From Eledone cirrhosa (taxonomy: Eukaryota), in the NCBI GenBank assembly GCA_964016885.1, contig OZ024741.1, positions 226,796,001 to 226,860,000 on the forward strand: 64,000 nt of DNA. The letters are read 5' to 3'. The notes below the pieces were generated by a model, which was not told where the DNA came from, did no database searches, and saw nothing but the letters and a program-made list of their open reading frames with translations. Shown here in pieces: positions 13,461-25,074 of this stretch (position 1 is the first letter of the stretch; each line of letters starts with the position of its first letter). The position numbers were made by a program, and so were the translations under genes.

Positions 13461-16400
13461 AGTCATAATCGGTAAGAGAACAAACCATTTAATGGGAGGT
13501 TGTCACACTCCCCACCCTTTTCGTCGGCTCTACCTCTCCGACGTGTTGAACGGCAGGTGTTAAAGCCGCCACCCCCACCACCACAGCGACAACAGAAAAA
13601 AAAGTAAAAAAGAAATTAACTCGTGATATCGAAATGAATTCAACAAAAATGAACTCTTCCACACCGAACACCACTGACGCCACCACCACCACAACTGAAA
13701 CTAAAATTAACAATAACAAAAATAACGATAACACCAACAATGAAATTAAGAAAACCACCCTGAGTTTTGCCAGAGTAGCAAAACAGTGTGAAGCATTCCA
13801 GGTAACTCAGGAGGAATTAGAAGAAGCCAAAAAAATGGTAAAGAAAGGTGGGTACAGGGTCATCCCCCCCCCCCCCCCCCAACTAATAAAATGGAGCATC
13901 GGCGCCTATGCACCGTGTCTTATCGGACGATTAGCATAAAATCGCACCGAGTGGAACGGGCATCCGAGTCCCAAATCCAAAAAGCTCTGGGACATGTGTG
14001 GGCAAAAAAACTCACATCAGACATGGGCAGAAATATGGAACCGTGGACGTGTTCTTTGAAACACCACAGGAGGCCAGAGAACTCTCCATGGCCCCATTAA
14101 GAAGTGACGACTTCACACTCGTCCCAAGCTATTGTGGCCAGAGACTCGTAAAGATCAGGGTAACCCACGTTCCACCGGCCATCAAAATTCCCTGGCTAAT
14201 AGCTGCCGTCCTCGCCGGCATCGAAGCCAACACCAAGATAATCGAAATAGCGAAAGAAAAGCATGAAAACTGGTCCTGATCTGGGATGGAGCTCCTGATC
14301 CAAGCGGACCAAAAGAGATCCCAGAGGTAATAGACCTCACTGACGTCAGCCACCGCACCGAAATCGTCGAGGGCAGAAGGCCTAGGTGTGTCGTTTGTGG
14401 TGAAGGAACCCACCTAAGGGCTTTCTGCCCTCAGCCACCCTAGTGACTCAACCATCAACACCACCAGCAGCAAAGATGGCAGCAACAACAGAAGCAACTG
14501 TAACAGCAACAACCCCAGCAACAGTAGCAAAACCAACACCACCACCACCCAACGCGCCAGAACTAGCACCAGCGCCTACACCATCCCCCACGCCACAACC
14601 AAAATCAACGCCTGTGGAGGATTCTCCACTCCCCGGCCTATCACAACTGGAGACAGATTGTGACGACGAGGTGTGGGAAACGGTATCAGGAAAAAAAAAA
14701 AATTCCCTTCCCTCCGCCTCCAAAAACAAAATACAGCGGGAAACAAATAAACTATCAAACAAAAAAGTTAGGACATATATGATAACATCCACACCAGCAT
14801 CACCAAACCCATCACCACAAACACCAACACCATCACCATCATTAACCCCAACACCACCATCACCAACACCACAAAAGTCACCAAAAAAGCGAAACAGAAA
14901 CAAACCCACAACAAACGCACACACTACACAGCATTAAATTGAACAACAACCAATTATTACACTACATGCAACACAACACCAGCATCACAGAAAAAGACTA
15001 CACAACAACCCAAAAGTTCACACAACCTCCACACATACAAATCACTCGCATCACACAGAAAACGTACACGAGACTAAAACAAAAATTCCCCAAAGCCATC
15101 GGAGACCTCCGACAAACACTCTCCAGGAGGATTTATAAGGTCAATGCGGGTGGCTTGGGGTCGTCATGGAAGCAGGGCCACATGCTCTACGACCTCAGGT
15201 CACTAAACATAGATGTAGTGGCCATCAGCGAGACCAGAATCTCCGAAGCACGGGCCTTCGCACCGATCTTCGGCGGCTACGATGTGTACGCATCTCCCAG
15301 CCGTCCGGGATGGGGGGAGGAGTTGCTGTGCTTTTTCGGAGAGGTTTGGATCTCGCCATACGGGCCATCTTCCTGGACTCAGAATTTAAGTTGGTGGTGC
15401 TAGACGTGACCAGCGGAGACGGGAAAGCTTTCAGGCTAGTGGCCGTCTATGCCCCGACAGGAGCAGCGCGGCCTGATTTCTTCCGGCGTCTGGGGACCTT
15501 TCTTGGAACGTCCCACTCTTTAGTGTTAGTGGGCGACTGGAACGGGATCTTAGATGCACGCTGGGACTGTGTGGGATTAGCGGATAGGGGAGGAGGGTGC
15601 AAGAGCCTCACCAACCTGCTCAGGTGTTTTGAACTGTCTGACAGGTACCGATTGGATTTCCCGAATGTGCCAATGTGGACTTGGACAAACCGCATAGGGT
15701 CATCCAGATCATATCTAGATAGAGTATTTTGTAGGGAAATAGATAGGTCTAGCATAGGCTGTCCACAATTCAAGATAGTCAGCTACACGGACCACAAATT
15801 CGTGATCTGTGTGCTTGACTTAGATAGGCTTCATAGACAAGGACCCGGCTACTGGAAGCTAAACGCGTCCTTACCAGCGCGCAAGGCCTACAGAGACCGA
15901 GTTAGCGAACTAGTTAAGCGGGCGTTGACGGGGGCCATCGTCAACAACAAGTGGTCGTTTGTTCTGAAAAGAGAGATTAGAATAGAGTCCATTAGGTTTG
16001 GTAAGGCTTTAGCAATAGAGAAAAATAGAGCAGAGGGAGAATTAGTTAGAAAATTAGACGAGGCGCTTAGCAAAGGCATCGCGACAGACGTACTTGCGGC
16101 GAAATTGGCCCTTGACCAATTCTTCAATGCAAAGCACGAAGGCTGCGTTGTCAGAGCTAGGGTGCGTGCTCTCAGACACGAGGGGACGAAAGTTGTTCAA
16201 TGGGCCCGAGTGGCGGAGGTGCGTCGTGGCAACAAAGCCACGATCCGGTCTTTGGTGGACCACGACGGGCGCATGCTACTCGATCCCGGAAAATGTGTGA
16301 AGCTTTTCAGCGACACTTCGCTCAGCTGTTCGGGGGAAGCGGCGGGCCGGGTCGAGGGATGGACTTTAGTGTCTACCTCGGCGGACTGCCGCGGCTCTAA

Positions 16401-18778
16401 GCCACTGAGGCGGAGTGTTGCGAAAAGCCGATAACAGCCGCTGAAGTACGGGAGGCAATGACTGGCTGCACAAGGGGTAAATCGCGTGGTTTGGATGGTC
16501 TGCCCTATGAAATTTACGTACAGATGCCAGACTTGTTCGGAGGCCTCTTGGCGGTGGTCTACTGCAACTGGCAACATAACAGGAGAATTCCCAGCTCTAT
16601 GAGCTGAGGAGCTGTGCCGCTGCTGAGTAAGGATCCGAACAAGGGGGATAACAGATAAGTTTAGGCCCATAACTCGCTAAACACAGAGTTCAAGATTTTG
16701 GCCAAGGTGCTAGCAAAGAGGTTGGCGCTTGTCGTTGGTGGTCTGCTGGGTGAGGTGCAGACATGTGCCATTCCCGACAGATCCATCCACGGCAACCTCC
16801 ACCTCATGCGATACATCGTAGAGAGGGTAGCTAGGGAACCTGGCACGGATGGGTCCTTGATCAATCTAGATCAGTCGAAAGCTTTCGATAGGGTCGACCA
16901 TCGTTACCTAGCGGCAGTCCTGAGGGCGGCTGGTTTCGGGCCCGTCTTCAGAAGCTGGATCGCTGCCATGCACAGCGACATCTGCTCTGTGGTGAGAGTG
17001 AACGGTCACCTTTCGGAACCGTTCAACATCATGCGCACGGTTCGCCAAGGATGTCCCCTCTCGTCCCTCTTTTACGTATTGACTCTCAAGCCATTACTGC
17101 ACAAACTGGACACGTTGAGGGGCGTCCCGCGCGAACTAGGATGCGGAAGATCCGTGTCAGCATATGCGGACGATCTCACCGTAGTGGTGTCGAACGCCAA
17201 ACACATCGAGGCGATCGGCACTACACTAAGAGAATACGAAGCGGTGACAGGAGCAATGATCAACCAGGAAAAGTCAGTGGGCCTGCAGCTCGGCACCAGG
17301 AGAGGCAGGTCCATACTTCCAACAGCGTCGTCGATCGCTGAACGGACGGACCGGTTAAATTGCTCGGGGTCTGGTTCGGTCCGGAACTCCAGACGGACAA
17401 AAACTGGGACGAGGTGATGAGCAGGGTGGCCTCTCTCACCCAGAAATGGGCCGAGAGGAAGCTATCCCTGAAAGGTCGAGCGGAGGTGGCTAACGCGTAT
17501 ATCGCGTCCGTCATCTACTACCTCCTGACCGTCGTACCTTGTCCTAAGCCCCGCCTGACTGCGCTGGAGCGTTTGCTCTTTCGCTTTTTGTGGAAGGGAC
17601 GTGCTCCGATGGTCAGGCGGTCCATCTGCTGTCAACACCCGCTACGTGGAGGGCTGGGAATGCCGTGGCTAAGGATGCGCAGACACGCGCTCAGGCTACG
17701 ACATCTCCACATCTTCCTCGACGGTGATCAGGTGTGGTCGCCGTTTGCTAGACGCATCTTTCCCCAGCTCGTCTCCTTGACGGAGCTGCAGTCCTGGGTC
17801 AAGCGAAGACCGAGAGGGAGCGCTTGGAGACTGCAATGTCTTCAGGCGCTCACAGCCCTCGACCAATCAGGCAATGTGATCGGTGGAAACTCCACCTTGG
17901 TTTTCTATAGAGGATTAGTGAAGGGGAAGAGCGACAACGTACTTGGGGAAACTATAGGCGTCGACGAAAATCAACTAGCCAATCTCTTCGGAAGAACTTT
18001 CGGGCCGGGGCCTATGGACAACTTCCAGAAATCTCTGGCCTGGCAGTGCTACCGAGGAGCTTTGCCAGTTCGGGATAAACTCTACAGGCATGGAGGTGCC
18101 GTCAGCCGGGCATGTCTGAGATGTGCGCAGGGCGACGAAACCGTCCTGCACGCACTCGTCCAGTGTCCGAGCATTGATGACTTGTGGGTTTATGTCGAAC
18201 ACCTGCTGTCGCGTGTAGGACGGATCCAGCTATCAGCTGAGTCCATCGTGAGGATTGCCCCGCCCTTTTCCTTTAGCCGGGAAGGGAAGGCAGATTTTAT
18301 CTGTCTGGTGGCCATGGCGAAAGAGATAGTATGGTGGACACGTTTGAAAGGGCTGAAGACGAGCACTTACCCCTTCGGTGATGCCCTGATTAACTTTTTC
18401 AAATTTCATTTAAAAAGGAAAATCAGGATCGAGAGGGAAGTGCTCTCTGCCAAGCATTTTGTTGAAAGATGGGTGAGAGAGGCAAGAATGCCCCGAGTGA
18501 ATGGGCCAACTCTGAGTATGTGTCTGTAAATTAAAGGTGGAAAACTGGGAGAGGGCACTTGCCCTGGTGGTCAGGGTCACTGTGGCTTTTTAATGGGCTT
18601 TCTCCACGAATGTCCCTTGGAAGTCTCCCCCCTATTGGGTAATTTTTTCATTGTTCTATTATTACATCCTCTGTTTCTTATTTTTTACACGCAGAAATGC
18701 TCATTTGTACCGCCCTGTATTGTCCTGTACTGTCCTTAATGTCGTGTTTATGTACACCCTTGTGGTTAATAAAGAAAG
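13461..18778 (+). mobile_element. Tx1/L1-clade LINE copy 1 (frameshifted ORF1 ~13634-15140; ORF2 APE-RT-CCHC ~15140-18529)
   Basis: APE: VAISETR, AVYAP, VGDWN, SYLDR, YTDH; RT: LDQSKAFDRV, RQGCPLS, YADD; CLRC..ETVLHALVQC; 3' end CCTTGTGGTTAATAAAGAAA + (ATT)n; 5' boundary approximate. Confidence 0.92.
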
Positions 18779-18809
18779 CATTATTACTATTACTATTATT
18801 ATTATTATT

Positions 18810-18925
18810 TTGACTTTGCCTTTAGGTTGACTTTGCCTTTCATCCTTACGGGGTCGATAAAATAAAGTACCAGTAATGCACTGGGTTATTGCTGGCCTTG
18901 TGCCTAAAGTAGAAACAATTATTAT
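18810..18925 (+). mobile_element. 5'-truncated SINE between the Tx1 and R4 tails
   Basis: GACTTTGCCTTTCATCCTTACGGGGTCGATAAAATAAAGTACCAG...AGTAGAAACAATTATT. Confidence 0.85.
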
Positions 18926-18953
18926 TATTATTGTTATTATTATTATTATTATT

Positions 18954-21900
18954 CTTTGAGTCTCAGTCATTGATGTTATTTAACTGGAAAGTTTGTTGAA
19001 ATGAATATCAATCCACTACCTGCAGCCTCAGATATTCAGGACGTATCGGAGGGTTCTTGCTGTTCCCAGCAAGCATGCCTTTTGAAGTGTTCCAAAAAGC
19101 GGGGCGGGACCAATTTTCTTTAACCATCCTTGGAAACTCTTTGAGATAGTACCTAGTGCGCCTATGACAATCGGGACCAATTTGACTTCATGGCAGTTCA
19201 AAATTCTTTTTATCTCCCACTTTAAGTCCTGGTATCGGTTAATTTCTCCCCCTCCTTCTCATGCACTCTAGTGTCGAATGGGCAGGCTACATCCACAATC
19301 AGGCACGATCTTTTTTCTTTGTCAAAAACCACCAGGTCAGGCCTATTGTGTTCCAGTTTCACCTGATCGTCTTCTATCACCGCCTCTGGCTTATGCTCAT
19401 ACCACTTCTCAGAATGTGGTAAATTGTTTACTTTGCATAGATGCCAGTGGATCACCCTGCCCATCACATCATGTCTCCAGCCCTTATAGTGAGTCTGGGA
19501 TAGGTGTTTACACTCAGATACAATGTGAGCCACAGTCGCCTCTCTCCCTCCACAGATCCTACACAGTGGGCTAGCCTCCTCCTTGTAAATATGGTGTTTC
19601 ATCCACTTCGTTTTGAGGGCCTGCTCTTGCGCAGCCATTAACATTCCTTCTGTAGCCTTTTTAAGGTCTCCTCTTTTCAACCAGTTCCTTGTCTGTGGAT
19701 CTCTAAATTCAGTTTTGTCAAAGAAGGTACTATGAAGGGATTTTTCATGAAGGCTGCTCTTTCTCCTTGTTGTTATTTCTTCCTTGGACATCCCCTGGTC
19801 TATTGTCCTCTCCTTCAGTACAATTCTGAGCATTGGCTCCCTACTGTCAGTCACGTATTTGTGTAGGTTGTTTTTCTCCATCTGAACACAGTCCTCTATG
19901 CTGATAAGACCACTTACACCTTCAGATCTCCTTAAGTAGAGTCTATCGACATCACTCCTCTTGTGGAACATGTTGTCAATAGCTTCCTAGTCTTCCTGTC
20001 CATTTCTTTTTGTTCAGCAACATTCCATCTCACAATTCCCGCACTGTACCTAATAATAGACACAGCTCGGGAATTTACTGCACTTATGGCATTCCTACTG
20101 TTCAGATGTGATTTTAATACGCTCCTTACTCTCCGAATGTACTCAGATCTTATCAATTCCTTCATTTTTCTGTTCTTGATGTCATCTGCCTCCAGAACAC
20201 CTAAATATTTGTATCCTTCTTCAGAGTCAATTTCCTTTATCATCTCACCTGTTGGTACCTGGATTCCGTTGCTTCTGCTCAATTCACCCCTCATCATCAC
20301 AAGGACTCCACACTTACTAATACAAAATTGCATACATATATCATTGTTGAAAATACGGACAGTGTCAACAAGCACATCCAACTCCTTCTCACTCTTCCCG
20401 AAGAGCTTAAGATCGTCCATGAAGAGGAGGTGATTGATGGTAAGCTCTCACATTCCCAACCTGTATCCTGCTCTCACTTTTCGCAGTATAATTGTCAGGG
20501 GCATCAGGGCAAGGACAAACAACAGAGGGGACAGACTATCTCCCTGGAATATACCTATCTTGATCTTCACGCCTCCCAAGGATTCTCCACCCGAAGTTAA
20601 CTCTGTTTTTCAGGACTTCATACTTTTGCTCAACAACTGTCTGATGTTATCCGCCACCTTGAAGATATCTAGGCTTTTGGTTATCCAAGTATGAGGTACC
20701 ATGTCGAATGCCTATTTATAGTCTATCCATCCCATGGCAAGACCAGTGTGTCTCCTCTTGCATTTCCTCATTACCATCTTATCAATAAGTAACTGGTCGT
20801 TTGTACCACGGGACTTCTTTCGGCATCATTTCTGTTCGTCCGGTAACAAATTGTTTGTGTGGAGGTGATGGTAGATTTCCTCAGACATAATGCTTGTAAC
20901 AGTTTCCACATTACGGACAGACATGTGATAGGTCTATAGTTGGTAACATCATTACGCTTGATTCGGTCTTTCATTACCTTTTGTCAACCACTCTGGTACC
21001 TCACCTGACATCAAACATTAATTGAACATGGTTGTCAGTTTCGGGTGGAGGGATGTTATATTTTTAATCCAATACCCCTGCACACCATCTGGGCCTGGTG
21101 ATTTCCAGTTGGTTAGTTTTTTGGCCTGCCCCTTAAGAGTTTCAACTGTGATACTCAAATCAGTTTGTTGGTGTGCCTGTTCACTAATCTCCTTCTGTAC
21201 TGTCTCAATCCACACTGCCTGGTCTTTATGTTTAACATCCTGCTCCCATATTCCTCTCCAGAATGTTTTAGTTAGTTCCGCCTCAGGGTTCAAGTCGTTG
21301 CCTCTTTCTTTCCCTTCAAGCTGTCCAAACAGCATCTTCTGGTTGTTGTCGAACATGCGGTTCTGTCTATACTGACTGACTCTGTTCTCGTATCGCCTGA
21401 TTTTTGCACTCTTTGCTACAATGGGTTGCTTCAGTTCCTCTATGATAATATTTAGCTTTTTCTTCCTAGTTTTGTACTTTATTTCCAGTCTATGTTTAGT
21501 GTCTATGTTTTTTGGTGTCCCATTCAGTAGGGACTCAAGCTTTCCAATGTCATTTCTCATTTCCCTGATTTGACCACTCAGTCGTTTCTTCCACCAAGGC
21601 TCTGATCTTTCTTGTCTGTTGTTTCCTCTCGCTTTTATACCAAGTAGTTTCCTCGCCGTATTTGCTGTTGCTCTGAGGATATTGTTGCACTGGTGAAGGC
21701 TCCTCGCCTCAAGGTATGGGATGACTTTGTTTACCTTAGCGGTTGTTTCTTTTAACTTTTTCCTATCTACAAATCTTAGGTTCATAGGTCTCCCACTATC
21801 ATTGTCCAATTCATCTACCACTAAGTTTAGGATATCAACCAAATCTTGTCCTAGCCCGTCAGCATTCATCTCCTCAGTGGCCGTATCTCTGTTCCAGGTC

Positions 21901-22478
21901 TTATTTATCTCAACATTCAGATCATTGTCTGCTTCGGGTGGTTCCTCCATTCCCTCGACCTCTTCACCTTCATTTCCCACTGGCTCGTTTGCCTGGCATA
22001 CTCCACTCTCCATCTCCAAGCTAATCTCTCTGCTCAGTTCCTCCAGTTCCAGCTCGCTTATCAACCCATTAGTTCTTATTACCTGAGCCTGCCCGGCCAA
22101 TTTTTGTTAATCTAATTTAAATAGACCAATCTCGTTCCAGATGTTATGCATCCGCTTCCTATAGCCTTTCTCCTTGGGGTTACTCTTCAGGTAACATTGC
22201 ATAACAGTTCTATTCAATTCTTTCGTCCAGTTGGTTCTGGTCCCTTTTCTTCTTCTTCTTCCTCCGACACCAGCAGTATTTGGTTGACAGCCAGGTCCCT
22301 GCTGCTGAGCCAGGGAGCACCTGTTGGGTGAGAGTCTGTCACATGACATTCTAGTCTCCATTTCACTGTTATTCGAACTGTTTAGGTTCGACATTTAAAC
22401 ACTCTTATCGAGGATTGGCGAATGTATGGTTACATAACCACCGGTGATTTCGTCACTCCCGGTGATTTTTGTGTGGCA
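18954..22478 (-). mobile_element. R4/Dong-type non-LTR retrotransposon (single ORF, RT + RLE; disrupted)
   Basis: N-term WTKELNRTVMQCY; KSPGPDG; NYRPITC; MDDLKLF; YKYLG; CRICGGREATVAHIVSEC; RHD; RPD..VDVACP; (AAT)n tail and TAATAAT at the 5' flank. Confidence 0.92.
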
Positions 22479-22685
22479 TTATTACGCTGTAGACAAACAT
22501 AAATAAACAAACAAACAAACAGGCAAAAAAAAAAACCAAAAATGAATAAGCATAAGTTTCATTGTAATGTAATGTTTGAATGTCTGACTTAGTTTTTCCC
22601 TTCCCTTCTCTGTCCGTCTGTTTGTTTTTCTCTTCATTTTTCTTTTCTTTACGTTCTTCGTTGTTACTGTGCTGCTTTGATTTTG

Positions 22686-22724
<39 letters not shown>

Positions 22725-23053
22725 GAATGCTATGGTTGACGGAGGCTCGGCTCTGTAAGGTACTGTAAATTTTGAACGCTTTAACAATTGTAAATTGTTT
22801 AAAACTTAGACCAACTTGTAGACAAAAACACCCTCCTCCTCGTGAGAGGGGTCTTTCTGCCCGTTATTTAGCCCTTCGGGGTTAAATAACTGCTTATTGG
22901 GAGTTTGTACCCAATATTTATTTTAAACAAAAAAAACAACATGGCTACGAAAAAGAATTTGCATAGGTCACTCCCACTCATTCCGTCTTCTTCTTCCTCA
23001 ATCGTCACTACAGCAGAGAGAAGATTGTCTCTCTCTCCCTCCCTTCTTTAAAT

Positions 23054-25039
23054 GTGTCTCTCTCCCTCCCTTCTCTTTCGCAAGTGACGAAAGAAAAGAA
23101 AAGTCTCGTGCAAAGCGTGCAAGGTTTCTCCACGACGACGACGACAGCGACGAAACAGGTGTGCGGGAAATACGAAAACCCAGTTCATTCGTCTGACATC
23201 AGGAATAATAGCAGTAGCAGCCGTAATAACAACAGCAACAGTGACAATGAAAACAACAGTAGCAGCCGCAACAGCATCACCAGCAGCATAAACAACAGCA
23301 TTAGCAGCAGCAACACCAACAACAACCACAGCAACAGCGGCGGAGGCAGTAGTCGTAGTACCTGCAGCAACAACAAAAGTACCAGCAGCTCTGACGACAA
23401 CAACAACAATAGCAGCAAAGAAAAACCAATCTCATTTGCAGGCATTGCGAAAAACTTGGAAACAATCCTCATAACAAATGAGGAATTAGAGGAAGCGAAG
23501 AAGATGGTGACAAAGAATGGACACCGAGCAATCTGCAAGGCAGCGGAAAAATTTTTCGAAACCCAACAGCACTGTACGGTCACGTACCGTACAGTAAGTA
23601 CAAAATCCCGTAGGGTGGAAAGAGCCACAGAGGCTCAGATACAAAAAGCCTTGGGGTCTGTGTGGCAGCGGAAAACGCACATCACCCGAGGCAAAAAATA
23701 TGCCACCGTAGACGTACTTTTTGCCACACCCCAGGAGGCAAAGGCCCAATCAGTAGTGACCCTAAGGAGCGAGGAAATGGTGTTGGTGCCCTCCTACTGC
23801 GGGCAAAAAATTGTGAGGGTCAAACTGACCCACGTCCCCCCCGGAATGGCCCCTTCTTGGCTGGCCGCGTCTGTCCTCGTCGGAATCGAGGACAAAACAA
23901 CTGTACTGCAAGTACAGAAAAAAGTAAGAGAAGATTGGGTCGGCACCTCCATTGAAATGCTAATCCAAACCAACCAGGAGTGCATCGAAGCTATCCCGGA
24001 TGTGATAGACTTCGATAACGGCACTCAACTGCCCATAAGTGTTGAGGGCAAACGCCCGAAATGCTTTCGCTGTGGATCGAAGACTCACCTCAGGGCCTTC
24101 TGCAACGAGAAGACCCTGAGAAAGGAGAAAGCCCCCCTCCTTCCGAATCCGGCTCCACGGCTACCAGCAACAGGACAAGCGGCAACCAGGAACGATAGGT
24201 CCGTGGCACCCATACCCACTCCACGGAAATCAAAAACAGCAGCAGCAGTGGAAATATTAACAACAACAGCAATACCAAATGCAGCTGCAACAGAGACTCC
24301 AGTGCAAACATCACCAACAACAACAAGTGAAAGAGTGGAGCTGGTACCCCTCCCCGACCTCACAGAATCAGACATGGAGTGTGAGGTGGGAGAGGGATGG
24401 CAAAAAGTCGTAAGAAGGCACAAAGGCAGAAGCAGCGCATCGTCGCCTTTGAAAAGGGAGGAAAGAAATGAGAAAAGGGTAAAGTCTACTGCAAAGAGAC
24501 CCACAGCAGCAGCACCACCAACACCATCACCACCCACACTAACACCACCATCACCACCGGCGACAACCCCACCGCCAACAACACCTTCAACACCACCACC
24601 ACAAGCACCAACATCGCAAACACAACAACAAAACACACACACCCAGCAACAACGACAAGAAAATAGCAGAACCACACCCCACCCCCAGAAAAACAAATGC
24701 ACGGCAATAAATACACACAACAAGAAACTAATGACTTACATAATTGAACACACAGACATTTCACAACAGGACTACATAATACCAGCACCAATCAAAACGC
24801 CAACTAACATAAGACTGCTAAAAATAGCACAGAAACAATACACAAACATTAAAACGAAATTCCCCAACGCAGTTGGTGATTTCAGGGACCTAGGAGGAAC
24901 CATCAATCGAAGAGTATATTCAGACATTCTCTTAGAAGAGCCGACGACCAGCCGAAGGGACGATTCAACGGTCCCTTCACCAGACGATCAAGTGAAAAGG
25001 GATGTAAAAACCATCCCTCCTCTACCAAAAGTACGGTAA
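23054..25039 (+). CDS. Tx1 ORF1 (gag-like, CCHC zinc knuckle), open 661 aa
   Basis: CFRCGSKTHLRAFC knuckle; homologous to broken ORF1 of copy 1; Ser/Asn- and Pro/Thr-rich linkers; start codon uncertain. Confidence 0.8.
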   Translation: MSLSLPSLSQVTKEKKSLVQSVQGFSTTTTTATKQVCGKYENPVHSSDIRNNSSSSRNNNSNSDNENNSSSRNSITSSINNSISSSNTNNNHSNSGGGSSRSTCSNNKSTSSSDDNNNNSSKEKPISFAGIAKNLETILITNEELEEAKKMVTKNGHRAICKAAEKFFETQQHCTVTYRTVSTKSRRVERATEAQIQKALGSVWQRKTHITRGKKYATVDVLFATPQEAKAQSVVTLRSEEMVLVPSYCGQKIVRVKLTHVPPGMAPSWLAASVLVGIEDKTTVLQVQKKVREDWVGTSIEMLIQTNQECIEAIPDVIDFDNGTQLPISVEGKRPKCFRCGSKTHLRAFCNEKTLRKEKAPLLPNPAPRLPATGQAATRNDRSVAPIPTPRKSKTAAAVEILTTTAIPNAAATETPVQTSPTTTSERVELVPLPDLTESDMECEVGEGWQKVVRRHKGRSSASSPLKREERNEKRVKSTAKRPTAAAPPTPSPPTLTPPSPPATTPPPTTPSTPPPQAPTSQTQQQNTHTQQQRQENSRTTPHPQKNKCTAINTHNKKLMTYIIEHTDISQQDYIIPAPIKTPTNIRLLKIAQKQYTNIKTKFPNAVGDFRDLGGTINRRVYSDILLEEPTTSRRDDSTVPSPDDQVKRDVKTIPPLPKVR

Positions 25040-25074
25040 GTGGTCTTTCCCATCTTTTCCACTCTATTTTAAAC

